From: an uncultured delta proteobacterium
GTDB taxonomy: Bacteria > Desulfobacterota > WTBG01
Assembly: GCA_963793865.1 (NCBI GenBank)
Contig: CAWCBP010000001.1
Span: 1,152,001 to 1,216,000 of the forward strand
Length of the DNA stretch: 64,000 nt
Direction: 5' to 3'
Part shown: positions 53,867 through 64,000 of the stretch, piece after piece
How the letters are laid out: every line of letters starts with the position of its first letter
How positions within the stretch are numbered: the stretch's first letter is position 1
Made by a program: the position numbers and the translations under genes
The notes under the pieces: generated by a model
What the model was told of the DNA's origin: nothing
Database searches by the model: none
What the model saw: only the letters and a program-made list of their open reading frames with translations

Positions 53867-54590
53867 TCACTTGATTGACGGCTGCAAGGCATCATGGAGC
53901 AGCTGCTTAAGCCTTTCATCTTTCGTTTCCTGCAAATGCCCGTAGGCCTTCAAAGCATCATTTCTGTTCCCCTGCTTGATGAAAAGCAATCCGGACTTAT
54001 AAAAATGGATTGCGGCCTTATCAGTCTCCCCTTTTTCCTGTAATATCAACCCCACTTTGAGCTGCGCCTCTGCATGGTCCGGTTCCACGGCAAGGCCTTT
54101 CCGGTATTCTGAAAGCGCTTTTCCCGGATCACCCTTTGCATAATAAATATTCCCCAGTCCGATGCGGGCAGGGGCGTTATCCGGCTGCACGGTAAGCGCC
54201 CTTTCATAGGCAGACTGTGCCTCGGCATGCATACCCTTCTGAAAATAGGCGTTCCCAAGGCCGACATGGGCGGGTACCATTTGAGCCTTTGAATCCAAAG
54301 CTTTTTTATATGATTCAATAGCACTGTCCGGCAGGCCTTTTTTCATGCAGGCATCACCAATAAAGCGGTGGGCATCCGTGAAGCCTGGATTTATTGAAAG
54401 GACCTTTTCAAAACACATAATGGCTTCATCATAGCTTCCCGAAGGCCATGGCTTGTTGCCCTTTATCGAACCATTCCCTTTCCCGCTGCTGCTCTGTGCC
54501 CCGCTCAGCACCCATGCCCTCCGCCCAACAACTTCCTGTCAATACAAGAGCCATAAAGGCAATGAAGCTCACAGCTGCTTTCTTCACCAT
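53867..54590 (-). pseudogene. Exported TPR-repeat protein, +1 frameshift near 54442 (possible sequencing error)
   Basis: SD AGGAG plus signal peptide MVKKAAVSF...CWA in one frame; TPRs (AHVGLGNAY, ARIGLGNIY) in the next. Confidence 0.8.
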
Positions 54591-54766
54591 TGCTCTCCTT
54601 TTACGTTTCATGAGACGTGATGTGAATTGTATACCACGAAACCATATTGAAAACAAGGCGCCGCGCGAGGAAAAAGATGTTGCCTGGCCCGCAGTAAGCG
54701 AATATAATACGCAGCCTGACAACGAGCACCGTTCCACAAGAAAGCGCTACCACACCAATTGAAAAA

Positions 54767-56302
54767 ATGCACGGCAGAACCGCGATGACAGCTGCAACAC
54801 CGGTAGTCGATCACCCGCGCCACACCCGGAAATGCATTCCTGCCGCCGGTGACAGTGCGTACCTGCTTTGCATAACCGCCCTCTTCATAGTATCCCGCAT
54901 CATCTTTTCCATGAAGGGAGGGGAGTTTATCTCCTCGCCCATCGACTTCGCCAAACAGTATCTTGACCCCCTGCTGCTCAAGCATGATCTTATGCGGAGT
55001 CTCTATTATCTCCATGCTCAGCCGCCGCTTTTTAATGCCTTCCTCGGGCTTGTCCTGAAATTTTCATCCCACCCCGCACTCTCCTTTGAGCTCGTTTATA
55101 AAACCGCGGGCATTTGCATGCCGCTGCTTTTCTATGGCATACTGACCTCTCTTGCCATAAGACCGGCAATTTCTTTCATCGCCACAGTCATCTTCATGTT
55201 CAATCCCACGCTGTTACTCTATGAAAACCTTCTCTACTATACGCACATGGAGGCTTTTTTTATTCTCCTCGCCCTTTTTGCCCTGCTTCGCTGGGGCATT
55301 GATCGAAGGAGACGGTTTCTGCTGATGTTTTTCCTGTCACTGCTCTGCCTGGGCATGATCCGTTCGCTCTTTCACACTGTTTTTTTCCTGCTGACGGCCC
55401 TTCTGTTTTCCTTGTATCTTGGCTACTGGCACCGGGAGCGGCGTCTGGCCGGACAATTTTTCCTGTACTCGCTTATCGTACTCATTCCCATGGTCTCGTT
55501 GTCTGTGAAAAACGGTCTCCTGTATAAATCCTTCGGAACGTCATCCTGGGATGGAATGAGTTTGTGGATAAAAGCCAACGGCTATGCACCTGAACAACTT
55601 GACTACTTTCGTCAGCAGGGCATCATCAGCGACATGGGGGTAAAAGCGGCCTATGACCCTTTTCAGCCTGTAGACAACTTTTTCGATGATGCCGACCTTA
55701 AACAGATCCCCTGCCACCACCCGGCCGATTGCAGGATTTCGCGCAGCTCCGGCTACCCGAATTTCAACCACAGCGGTTATGTCTCTTTGTCAAAACAGCT
55801 CTGGAAGGATGCGGTGGCGCTCATTTTACATGACCCCGGATTATTCGCCTATTACACGGCAGGATCATATTGCCTGATGCTCTGGCATGCGTCTGATTCG
55901 GTAAACGCGCTTTTCTATAATAACGCAACAATTCTTGATCAGATTGAAAACGCATACCGGTTCTTACATTTTGGATTTTTTGGAATAGAAAGCAAGCAGG
56001 CGAGTCATTACCTGTGGTGGGTCAGAACGGTCTGCATCAGTCTGCTGTTTCTCTTTTTCTATATCAGCACCCTGGTTGCGGCATTCCGGAAAGCAGAGAG
56101 ATCGAAGCTTCCGCTCTTACTGCTCTCTCTCTTCTGCGTTCTCATTCACGCGTACACCCTGTGCGTATCCTCGCTTATTGAATTCGGAGAAAACAACCGC
56201 TTTCGCTATCCCGTTGATGCCGCTTTTCTGGTATTGATCGCCGCCACGATTGCACGCTCAAAGCGCTCATTATTTAAAATCAGCACATCCCCGGCCCGAT
56301 AA
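54767..56302 (+). CDS. Multi-pass membrane protein, GT-C (ArnT/PMT-like) glycosyltransferase-like
   Basis: About 11 TM, HAQPPLFN, large soluble loop, GENNRFRYP near the C-terminus. Confidence 0.65.
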   Translation: MHGRTAMTAATPVVDHPRHTRKCIPAAGDSAYLLCITALFIVSRIIFSMKGGEFISSPIDFAKQYLDPLLLKHDLMRSLYYLHAQPPLFNAFLGLVLKFSSHPALSFELVYKTAGICMPLLFYGILTSLAIRPAISFIATVIFMFNPTLLLYENLLYYTHMEAFFILLALFALLRWGIDRRRRFLLMFFLSLLCLGMIRSLFHTVFFLLTALLFSLYLGYWHRERRLAGQFFLYSLIVLIPMVSLSVKNGLLYKSFGTSSWDGMSLWIKANGYAPEQLDYFRQQGIISDMGVKAAYDPFQPVDNFFDDADLKQIPCHHPADCRISRSSGYPNFNHSGYVSLSKQLWKDAVALILHDPGLFAYYTAGSYCLMLWHASDSVNALFYNNATILDQIENAYRFLHFGFFGIESKQASHYLWWVRTVCISLLFLFFYISTLVAAFRKAERSKLPLLLLSLFCVLIHAYTLCVSSLIEFGENNRFRYPVDAAFLVLIAATIARSKRSLFKISTSPAR

Positions 56303-56540
56303 AATACCTGCACATAAAAAACTGGGGAGCACGATTCGCCCCCGAGACTCATGGCCCCGGGTGCCGTTGCTCCCCAGACATGGAGGAGGGAAAAATGATA
56401 CTCTCATTTCCCCTATCCTTATATCGGCAGCGGGGAGAAAAACTTTAACTTCTTTCAGGTGGCATACGGTTCCCGGGCAAAACCCCTTTGCCGTTTCAGG
56501 ATGATTGAATATCTTCAGCACTGAGGGATGCGGCAGGACA

Positions 56541-56777
56541 TCACACCTGGTAACGCTGATAGATCGCGTTCCGTGTGGGGCAGAGACAATAGGTTAATTC
56601 ACCATAGCGAAAAAGATAAGAGCAGGGCCCAATGCACGTGGGCTTTATTTCAATGAAGGGATATTTGCTGGCATAGGCCGGCCGGCAGGTGCAATCAGCT
56701 TTACCGGAAAGACAGAAAAATCCTTTTTCGCATTTCGTGGTAGCACTTAAAACCGGTTTGTCCACCTGCATTTGCAC
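56541..56777 (-). CDS. Small Cys-rich hypothetical protein
   Basis: SD AGGAG before GTG 56777; TTKC...FCL...CTC...C.Y...YG...CLCPTR..IY.RY pattern. Confidence 0.65.
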   Translation of the reverse strand: MQMQVDKPVLSATTKCEKGFFCLSGKADCTCRPAYASKYPFIEIKPTCIGPCSYLFRYGELTYCLCPTRNAIYQRYQV

Positions 56778-56851
56778 CGCGGGTACTCCTCTTGCCCGGC
56801 ATGATATGCTAATCACCGAACCGCGACAAAACTTCTACACGGCCCTTCACC

Positions 56852-57055
56852 TCAGGCATCCTCGCTCAATGAAGGCTTTACATCCTGAAATATGTTGCCG
56901 CAAATCACATGACTCTTGCCGCTTATCCTTATGGTGAAGACGGGTTTCACTTCCAAAATCCGGGCATCCTCTCCTTTGTAGATAATATGCTGTCCCGGCC
57001 GGTACAGTTGATCTGCTTTGAGATTAGATACAATAGGCCCACTGTTCTTAATCAT
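56852..57055 (-). CDS. Small hypothetical protein (67 aa), first gene after a riboswitch
   Basis: SD GGAGG; beta-rich YRPGQHIIYKGE.ARILEV.P segment. Confidence 0.7.
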   Translation of the reverse strand: MIKNSGPIVSNLKADQLYRPGQHIIYKGEDARILEVKPVFTIRISGKSHVICGNIFQDVKPSLSEDA

Positions 57056-57075
57056 GCCCCACCTCCCGGGTCGTA

Positions 57076-57106
57076 AAATAAAAAACTGCCGCGTAATTTT
57101 CGGCAG
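57076..57106 (-). terminator. Riboswitch-associated intrinsic terminator
   Basis: CTGCCG-AAAATTACG-CGGCAG plus TTTTTTATTTT. Confidence 0.8.
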
Positions 57107-57223
57107 TCCAGCCTTCTACAAAACCAGTCAGAGAAGCACGTTCATACAACGATCCAGATGCCGCGGTAGAACTGTGGCTTTCCGTCCCCTGATCACTCAG
57201 GGTTTGGCTTTTTCGAATTACAC
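57091..57223 (-). promoter_or_regulatory. c-di-GMP-I (GEMM) riboswitch, second copy
   Basis: AAAGCCAAACCCTGA-GTGA-TCAGGGGACGGAAAGCCACAG...CTGGACTGCCGAA; P1 GTGTAATT/AATTACGC; TTGACA-N17-TATATA upstream (57246-57274). Confidence 0.9.
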
Positions 57224-57340
57224 TAATCTTTTTTTTGTTACAGGTTATATAGTAAAAAAAAAGTGATTTGTCAAGGGATGAATATGTCAATCATTAAAAA
57301 CTGAAGCACCCGGCATTATGGCCGAAGTGCTTGATTTTGG

Positions 57341-57417
57341 TGGCGGGGACGACGGGACTCGAACCCGCGATCTCTGGCTTGACAGGCCAGTGTGTTAACC
57401 AACTACACCACGCCCCC
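57341..57417 (-). tRNA. tRNA-Asp (GTC)
   Basis: Cloverleaf; anticodon arm CTGGCCTGTCAAGCCAG; GCCA end. Confidence 0.97.
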
Positions 57418-57449
57418 ACCTGTCTAAATTTTACGATGTGCTCAATTTC

Positions 57450-57525
57450 TGGTGGGCGGGACAGGGCTCGAACCTGCGACCCTCTGCTTGTAAGGCAGAT
57501 GCTCTCCCAGCTGAGCTACCCGCCC
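57450..57525 (-). tRNA. tRNA-Val (TAC)
   Basis: Cloverleaf; anticodon arm TCTGCCTTACAAGCAGA; ACCA end. Confidence 0.97.
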
Positions 57526-57665
57526 GAGTTCGGTATTTCTAACAGTTTATTCCTCGCCTGTCAAGGAAATAGTCGCACAGGTGAAGTGGTATAGAATATC
57601 GGATTGACAGGTTTAGAGCTTTACATAAAATATGTGGCGGAATATTATGAGTCGAGGTGTGACCT

Positions 57666-58157
57666 ATGCCGGTAAAACAGAGAAGATGCCCGCACTGTGG
57701 ACAGAAGATTCAGGAGTACCTGCATCCCTTTCCTACGGTTGATGTCATCATTGAGATGTCCGGCGGAGGCGTTGTCCTGATAAAGCGGAAAAATCCTCCG
57801 CATGGCTGGGCACTCCCGGGAGGTTTTGTTGATTACGGCGAATCACTGGAACAGGCCGTGATAAGGGAGGCAAAGGAAGAAACGTCCCTCGACATCATTC
57901 TCACATCGCAGTTTCACACCTACTCGGATCCAAAAAGGGATTCCCGGAAACACACCATCAGCACTGTTTTTATTGCCCGGGCCTCCGGCGCACCCGCCGC
58001 CGCCGATGACGCCGAAGGGATCGGAATTTTTACCGGCAAAAACCTCCCCTCCCCCCTTGCCTTTGATCATGAAACAATAGTGCGGGATTATTTCAATACG
58101 AAAATAAGGTCTACGATTAGTAGGGGCGACCGGCCGGTCGCCCCTACATCTGGATAA
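57666..58157 (+). CDS. NUDIX hydrolase
   Basis: Nudix box [32 protein letters not shown]. Confidence 0.92.
   Translation: MPVKQRRCPHCGQKIQEYLHPFPTVDVIIEMSGGGVVLIKRKNPPHGWALPGGFVDYGESLEQAVIREAKEETSLDIILTSQFHTYSDPKRDSRKHTISTVFIARASGAPAAADDAEGIGIFTGKNLPSPLAFDHETIVRDYFNTKIRSTISRGDRPVAPTSG
58120..58147. repeat. GTAG-type REP-like palindrome, family R1, inside the NUDIX 3' end
   Basis: GTAGGGGCGACCGGCCGGTCGCCCCTAC identical to 24412-24439. Confidence 0.85.
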
Positions 58158-58256
58158 GATTGACTCGAAAATAGTTTGAGGATACCCCCTCCCTCTCTCC
58201 GGAGGGTAGAGGGAATCTTTTTTAACCCAGCTTTAAGCCCGCTTCACACACCCGTT

Positions 58257-58475
58257 TCAAACGGACACCACTGACTTGATTTCGGGTATTTCCTCCTTGA
58301 TCGCCCGCTCAACACCCATCTTGAGCGTCATCTGGGCGCCCGCGCATCCCGCGCATGCCCCTTTCAGCCGAACCGACACCACGCCGTCAACAACATCAAC
58401 CAACTCGATATTGCCGCCGTCAGCCTGCAGCGCAGGCCTGATTTTTGCTATTATCTTTTCCACCTGTTCTCTCAT
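58257..58475 (-). CDS. NifU/NfuA C-terminal domain Fe-S carrier protein
   Basis: IRPALQADGGNIELV...GACAGC...TLK.GVE. Confidence 0.93.
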   Translation of the reverse strand: MREQVEKIIAKIRPALQADGGNIELVDVVDGVVSVRLKGACAGCAGAQMTLKMGVERAIKEEIPEIKSVVSV

Positions 58476-58601
58476 CCTGTAGACTCCTTTCCTTTCGGAT
58501 TGCTATTGAACTCAACATCAGCTACAATACTATAACTTAATGATGGTCCTTTGTCACCTTATTTCAGGCGGGTAATTTCTCAAAAAGATATGTGACATTT
58601 T

Positions 58602-58653
58602 GGCAGGAGCGCATTGAGGCACGATATATTCGCGGCTTAAAGCCGCTCCTACC
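58602..58653. repeat. GTAG-type REP-like palindrome, family R2
   Basis: GGCAGGAGCG...GATATATTCGCGGCTTAAAGCCGCTCCTACC. Confidence 0.7.
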
Positions 58654-58723
58654 GGCCCTGCACATTGAGAGAGTGCCATACTCAGGTCTACATTATTAAT
58701 TATAAAACCGCGTGGTACAGGGC

Positions 58724-59401
58724 ATGAACCAAAAACTGGGCATTGTTCTGGTAAGCGGAGGATTGGACAGTTGCGTTACGGCTGCTGTCGCCCGCCGGGA
58801 CCATGAAACGGCGTTCCTGCATGTCAACTACGGGCAAAGGACCGAGGAACGCGAATTGCGGGCCTTTCACGCCATCGCCGATCACTATGGTGTCGCGCGA
58901 AGGCTGGTAACCGACATCGGCTACCTGAAACTGATCGGGGGGTCAAGCCTGGTCGATCCATCCATGCCCATAGAGACGGCGACATCCGCCTCCCAGGACA
59001 TTCCCTCAACCTATGTCCCCTTTCGCAACGCGCACCTCCTGGCAATTGCCGCGTCCTGGGCGGAAGCAATCGGAGCCGCGGCAATTTTTATCGGCGCCGT
59101 GGAGCAGGACAGCGCCGGCTATCCCGACTGCCGGCCCCCGTTCTTCGATGCCTTCAGCCGTCTTGTCCGTGAGGGAACGCGGCCGGGAACGCGAATCACC
59201 ATCAACACGCCGGTGATCAACCTGCGGAAAAAGGAGATTGTCCTCCTGGGAAACAAACTGAATGCGCCCCTTCAGCTGACCTGGTCATGCTACCAGAACA
59301 GCGAGCGGGCCTGCGGCCTGTGCAGCAGCTGCCTGCTGCGCTTGAAAGGATTTCAGGAAGCGGGAATCAGCGACCCCATCCCTTATGCCATTCCTGTGTG
59401 A
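58724..59401 (+). CDS. queC: 7-cyano-7-deazaguanine synthase
   Basis: SGGLDS, YGQR, TYVPFRN, YPDCR, TWSCY...CG.C.SC.LR. Confidence 0.96.
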   Translation: MNQKLGIVLVSGGLDSCVTAAVARRDHETAFLHVNYGQRTEERELRAFHAIADHYGVARRLVTDIGYLKLIGGSSLVDPSMPIETATSASQDIPSTYVPFRNAHLLAIAASWAEAIGAAAIFIGAVEQDSAGYPDCRPPFFDAFSRLVREGTRPGTRITINTPVINLRKKEIVLLGNKLNAPLQLTWSCYQNSERACGLCSSCLLRLKGFQEAGISDPIPYAIPV

Positions 59402-59437
59402 ATCTTCGAAAAACACCCCTCCCCGCGGTGCCCCTCC

Positions 59438-61477
59438 CTACTGGGCGGCCCGGTCGTAATGCGAAAAATGCATGGAGAAGCTGCCCCGCCCCTGGGTGAG
59501 GGAACGCAGGCTGGTGGGATAACCGAACATGGGCTTAAGGGGAACGTGGGCATCGACCATGCTGATGGTCCCCTTGGCGGTGATCATTCCCACCTTGCCT
59601 CCCCGGGCATTGAGATCACCGATCACCTCTCCCACGAACTCATTGGGCACCACAATTTCGATGGACATGATGGGCTCAAGCATCACCGGGCGGGCCTTAT
59701 GACAGCCTTCCCTGAGCGCCATCGACGTGGCGATCTTATACGCCAGCTGCGATGATGCGCCTTCCCGGAAGGAGCCGTTTACCAGGCACGCTTCCAGGTC
59801 CACCAGCGGGTACCCTGCCAGGACGCCGCTCAAGGTTGCCTCCTTCACTCCCTCTTCAACAGCGCCCCAGAACTGAGCAGGAATCTTGTCTTCCCCGATG
59901 TCGGTGGCAAAGCGTATGCCCTCTCCCCGTCCAAGAGGTTTCAGCCGCAGAGCAACATGTCCGAAATGAGTCTCACCGGAAATTTCCCGCTCAAACTTCC
60001 CCTCTGCGACGGTTGATTCAGTGATGGTCTCGCGGTACACCACCTGCGGCTTTCCGACTTTGACCTCCAGGTTGTAATCCTCTGAGAGCCTGGTCATGGC
60101 AACTTCCAGGTGCAGCTCCCCCATTCCGGACACAATGGTCTGTCCTGAATCCTGGTCAAAGCTGACTTTAAGGGTGGGATCTTCTTCGGCAAGCTTGGAA
60201 AGGGAAAATGACAGCTTTTCCTGGTCGGCGGTTGCCCGGGGCTCGACGGCGATAAACATCACCGGCTTGTATACCCCGATGGGCTCCAGCACCAGGGGAT
60301 GCGCCTCGTCGGTGAGCGTGTCTCCGGTGGTGGTGTCCCGCAGCCCCGCTGCCGCAATTATATCCCCAGCCCGCACATCGGCAATCCGCTCCTTCTTGTT
60401 GGCGTGCATCTTGAACAGGCGCGCCACTTTCTCCTTCGTCTGCCTGGTGGCGTTATAAACCTCTTCACCGGTTTCCAGCTTGCCCGAATAAACCCTGAGG
60501 TAGGTCAGCTTTCTCCCCTCGTCCATGGCAACCTTGAAGGCAAGCGCCGCAAACGGTTCATCGCTGCTGCTGCGCCGGGATTCTTTTTCCCCGGTTTCAG
60601 GATTGACGCCTTCCACCGGCGGCACATCCTGGGGAGAAGGCAGATAATCGACGATGCTGTCGAGAAGGGGCTGAATGCCCTTGTTGCGGAGGCCCGCCCC
60701 GCACAGCACCGGCACCACGCTCATGTCCAGGGTCGCCTTTCTCAGGACCGATTTGATCTCCTCCTCGGAGAGCTCGCTGCCCGAGAGATATTTTTCCATG
60801 ATGGCATCGTCCTTCTCCACCACCGCTTCCAGGAGCAGATGGCGGCAGTGGCCGGCCTGCTCCCGCAATTCGTCGGGAACGGGCAGCAGCTCGAATTCGG
60901 TCCCCAGGGTGTCGTCATGCCAGATGACCGCCTTATTTTTAATCAGGTCCACCACCCCCTGAAAGCCGTCCTCCCGCCCCCAGGGGATCTGCAGCGCCAC
61001 CGGGTGCGCGCCCAGTTTTTGCACCATCATCTCCAGGGCATTGAAAAAATCGGCGCCGGGACGGTCCATCTTGTTGACGAACGCGATCCGCGGGACCCGG
61101 TACCTGTCCGCCTGGTGCCACACCGTTTCCGACTGTGGCTCCACGCCCTCAACGCCGCTGAAAACCACCACCGCCCCGTCCAGCACCCGCAGCGACCGCT
61201 CAACCTCGATGGTGAAGTCAACGTGCCCCGGGGTATCAATCAAATGAATCTCATGCTTGAGCCAGTTAAGGGTGGTCACGGCGGAGGTAATGGTAATGCC
61301 CCGCTCCTGCTCCTGGTGCATCCAGTCCATGGTTGCTTCGCCGTCATGCACCTCACCCAGCTTGTATGACCGGCCGGTGTAGAAGAGCATGCGCTCGCTG
61401 ACCGTGGTCTTCCCCGCGTCAATATGAGCGATGATGCCTATGTTTCTGATGGTGGATAATTTAGCTTTCGATGCCAT
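59438..61477 (-). CDS. fusA: Elongation factor G (stand-alone paralogue)
   Basis: [41 protein letters not shown]. Confidence 0.95.
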   Translation of the reverse strand: MASKAKLSTIRNIGIIAHIDAGKTTVSERMLFYTGRSYKLGEVHDGEATMDWMHQEQERGITITSAVTTLNWLKHEIHLIDTPGHVDFTIEVERSLRVLDGAVVVFSGVEGVEPQSETVWHQADRYRVPRIAFVNKMDRPGADFFNALEMMVQKLGAHPVALQIPWGREDGFQGVVDLIKNKAVIWHDDTLGTEFELLPVPDELREQAGHCRHLLLEAVVEKDDAIMEKYLSGSELSEEEIKSVLRKATLDMSVVPVLCGAGLRNKGIQPLLDSIVDYLPSPQDVPPVEGVNPETGEKESRRSSSDEPFAALAFKVAMDEGRKLTYLRVYSGKLETGEEVYNATRQTKEKVARLFKMHANKKERIADVRAGDIIAAAGLRDTTTGDTLTDEAHPLVLEPIGVYKPVMFIAVEPRATADQEKLSFSLSKLAEEDPTLKVSFDQDSGQTIVSGMGELHLEVAMTRLSEDYNLEVKVGKPQVVYRETITESTVAEGKFEREISGETHFGHVALRLKPLGRGEGIRFATDIGEDKIPAQFWGAVEEGVKEATLSGVLAGYPLVDLEACLVNGSFREGASSQLAYKIATSMALREGCHKARPVMLEPIMSIEIVVPNEFVGEVIGDLNARGGKVGMITAKGTISMVDAHVPLKPMFGYPTSLRSLTQGRGSFSMHFSHYDRAAQ

Positions 61478-61501
61478 GGGTATAATTTTTTCAACAACCT
61501 T

Positions 61502-62131
61502 CTACTGTATGACCGTTTTATCCGCCGCAAACGGCTCCCTGCAATCGATATGGCCGGCAAGGGAGTCAATGGGCTTCCCGTCAACCAGGATGCCCACCTT
61601 TTTAACTTCACTGAAATTGAGGGAGACCGTGTTGACAATTGAATAGATGGTCATGATTTCAGCGGTGCTGCCCCCCGGGTGATCCGAAACAAACGAGGGA
61701 CTGAAGTTGAGCCAGGCAACGCCGTCTCCCTTCATGCGCACGCCCTTAAGCTCGACCGAAGCCGGGATGGTGCGTCCCAGCGGACCGCGGGGCCCCTTCA
61801 GCAGTTCCCTGACCGCCTGCCCGATGCGTTCTTCAAGGGAGGAAGCCTCCGCGACGGAACGTTCCTCGGCAATCAGGCGCTCCCCCTGGGCATCGGCAAA
61901 ATAGAGACTGAGCCTGCTTTCCGGCGGCTTCCGGTAGGTGTCCGCGGCGCGCTCCGGATATCTTCTGATATCACCATACCGGAGAAAGACGTAGGCGGCA
62001 GCGGCGACAATGACGATGACCGTAATGACCGCCCCCCAGGGGAATCTCCCGGAAGCAGGTTTCGTGCTGCCTGTTCCCCTTCCCTTTTGCCTTCGTTTCG
62101 TTTTTGCCACAGGGCTTTTATCTTTCCTCAC
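61502..62131 (-). CDS. GerMN-domain protein
   Basis: TM, LYFAD, ELLKGP, GGSTAEIMTIYSIVNT, V.ILVDG...SLAGH. Confidence 0.9.
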   Translation of the reverse strand: MRKDKSPVAKTKRRQKGRGTGSTKPASGRFPWGAVITVIVIVAAAAYVFLRYGDIRRYPERAADTYRKPPESRLSLYFADAQGERLIAEERSVAEASSLEERIGQAVRELLKGPRGPLGRTIPASVELKGVRMKGDGVAWLNFSPSFVSDHPGGSTAEIMTIYSIVNTVSLNFSEVKKVGILVDGKPIDSLAGHIDCREPFAADKTVIQ

Positions 62132-62141
62132 GCGGTGAGCG

Positions 62142-62957
62142 CTACATTTCCACCTGCTTCACCTGTTCAACAGCCGTTCCTAAAAATCTCGTTCCCAAAT
62201 GGGTAAAGCGGTCCGGCGCATCAGTGACAAAATAGAGGGGAGGCACCGTGTCCCTGCCGGAGGAGAGCAGCTGCATCCCCTGTAAAACGCCGTGCACTTC
62301 GCGGGCCGTCTCCTGCGCTGAATCAACCAGGGCGACGGCGGGGCCCATGAAGCGGGCTATGGTATCCTTGAGAAGCGGGTAATGAGTGCATCCCAGCACC
62401 AGGGTATCAATGCCCAGCTCTTTGAAGGCACCCAGGTAGCGTTTGACCGTAAGCGATTTCAGCTCCTCAAGATACGCCTCGTCTTCGGGACCGTTCCAGT
62501 TTTCCTCAACCAGCGGAACGAAGAGCGGGCAGGACCTGCTCAGCACTTCAATCCCGGGGTCAATCCGCTTGATCTCGGCCGCGTAGGCATTGCTCCTGAC
62601 CGTGGCCTCCGTGCCGATGACGCCGACCCGGCCCGCGCGGGTTGAGCGGGCCGCCTGCCTGGCGCCGGGCCCGATGACCTCCACGATGGGTATGGAAAGC
62701 TTTTCCTTCAAGTACGCGGTGGCGTTGGCGGAGGCGGTATTGCAGGCGACAACCAGGAGCTTGATACCCTGCTTGAGGAGAAAGAGAGCGTCCTCCAGGG
62801 CGTATCTCCTGATGGTGTCTGAAGACTTTGTACCGTAGGGCACGCGGGCGGTGTCCCCCAGGTAAATCAGCTTTTCATGGGGCAGCACCCGGCACAGCTC
62901 CTTCAGAACCGTCAGTCCGCCGATGCCGGAATCAAAGATCCCGATGGACTTGTCCAC
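62142..62957 (-). CDS. murI: Glutamate racemase
   Basis: FDSGIGGLTV, GDTARVPYG, ACNTAS, LGCTHYP. Confidence 0.97.
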   Translation of the reverse strand: MDKSIGIFDSGIGGLTVLKELCRVLPHEKLIYLGDTARVPYGTKSSDTIRRYALEDALFLLKQGIKLLVVACNTASANATAYLKEKLSIPIVEVIGPGARQAARSTRAGRVGVIGTEATVRSNAYAAEIKRIDPGIEVLSRSCPLFVPLVEENWNGPEDEAYLEELKSLTVKRYLGAFKELGIDTLVLGCTHYPLLKDTIARFMGPAVALVDSAQETAREVHGVLQGMQLLSSGRDTVPPLYFVTDAPDRFTHLGTRFLGTAVEQVKQVEM

Positions 62958-63193
62958 CGATTCACATCCTTTCCCAATGGGTAAACATGATCACGCTTAG
63001 CGCGCTTAAGTGCAGGATAGTAGGTTATTACCCCATAATTGTCAAGCAGTTTGCCTCCCTCTGAACCGTAAGGACGGCCGCGTGGAAGCGGTTAAAACTG
63101 TTTGCATAATCGGCATGTCTATATTAGTATCTTCCTGCCGGTGCACTGGTTGTAACGCCCCGTTCGCAGCGATCGGGCAGAATGTGAGGATTC

Positions 63194-64000
63194 ATGGTCA
63201 TGAATACCGTCGGCTTTACCACCACTGTACCGCTGGAGATACTTCATGCCGCGGGGAAGGTACCGGTTGATCTTAACAACCGGTTCATAACCCATCCCGA
63301 TCTCAAGGGCCTGCTGAGAAAGGCGGAGCGGGACGGCTTTCCCCGCAACGTCTGCAGCTGGATCAAGGGCATCTACGCGGTTGCGCTTGAGCTTGAAATC
63401 GATGAGGTCATTGCCGTAACCCAGGGAGACTGCAGCAACACCCAGGCCCTCATGGAAACCCTGCAGTGGAAAGGGGTCAAAACCATTCCTTTTTTTTATC
63501 CCTATGACCGGGACCCGCAGTTTCTCTCGCTGAGCATGGAAAAGCTGATGCGCCATTTCTCGGTAACCGGCGGGCAGTGTCTCGAGGCAAAAACGGAACT
63601 GGACGCCGTTCGCAGGAAGGTCCACCGAATCGATGAGATGACCTGGAAGGAAAACACGGTGACCGGCCGGGAGAACCACTACTTTCAGGTGTCAACCAGC
63701 GACATGAACGGTGACTGGCGCCGCATTTGAGGCGGAGGTGGATCGGTTTCTCACGTCCCTCGATGGGCGTCAGCCCTTCGGGGAGGACATCCGCCTGGGA
63801 TACATCGGGGTGCCTCCCCTGATCAGCGACCTGTACAGCTATATTGAAGGCTTGAACGCGCGGGTGGTTTTCAATGAAATGCAGCGGCAGTTCAGCATGC
63901 CCTGCCGGACGGACTCGCTCGTCGAGCAGTACCTGCGCTACACCTGTCCGTATGACATTTTCATGCGCATCGAGGATATCAGGCGGGAGATCAGCCGGCG
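63194..64000 (+). pseudogene. 2-hydroxyacyl-CoA dehydratase D-component family protein; +1 frameshift near 63721 (possible sequencing error); runs off the window
   Basis: GFTTTVP.E, DLNN.F, GFPRN.CSWIKG, GDCSNT; continues AFEAEVDRFL...RLGYIGVPP...VVFNEMQRQFSMP in the next frame. Confidence 0.8.

Noticed and set aside
61485..61504. MITE-end-like TTTTTCAACAACCTTCTA between the GerMN gene and fusA
   Set aside because: Only about 15 bp with no internal element sequence; may be chance or a scar
63194..63730. In-frame TGA as selenocysteine read-through, given selC in the window
   Set aside because: The family sequence continues in the +1 frame, not past the TGA; the same holds for the TGA at 54429

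Overview
Bacterial chromosomal window, probably from an anaerobic deltaproteobacterium (Desulfobacterota-like; inferred from gene content: T2SS GspC, BamD, selC, core methionine synthase, GEMM riboswitches). Housekeeping genes include citrate synthase, an MrfAB-like helicase/exonuclease pair, glgB, gmhA-pgpA-cinA-thpR-recA-recX-alaS, bamD, ccdA/tlpA, clpB, queC, fusA, murI and tRNAs for Glu, Sec, Asp and Val. The main observation is a dispersed set of secreted, Cys-rich modular proteins. Three unrelated peptidases (M1, M14, S8) end in the same duplicated Ca-loop dockerin-like module (type A). A small protein joins type A to a second dockerin-like module (type B). A 640-aa non-catalytic protein carries two cohesin-like domains plus type B and sits behind a c-di-GMP-I riboswitch. 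A stand-alone cohesin-like protein follows the S8 gene. Together these suggest a cellulosome-like extracellular proteolytic complex (inference; fold calls made by eye). Also seen: two related c-di-GMP-I riboswitches with an enlarged P3, a degenerate direct repeat of the selC 3' half bracketing the S8 gene, an IS5-like MITE family, several REP-like families, a divergent HemF-fold gene, and four clear +1 frameshifts that may be sequencing errors.
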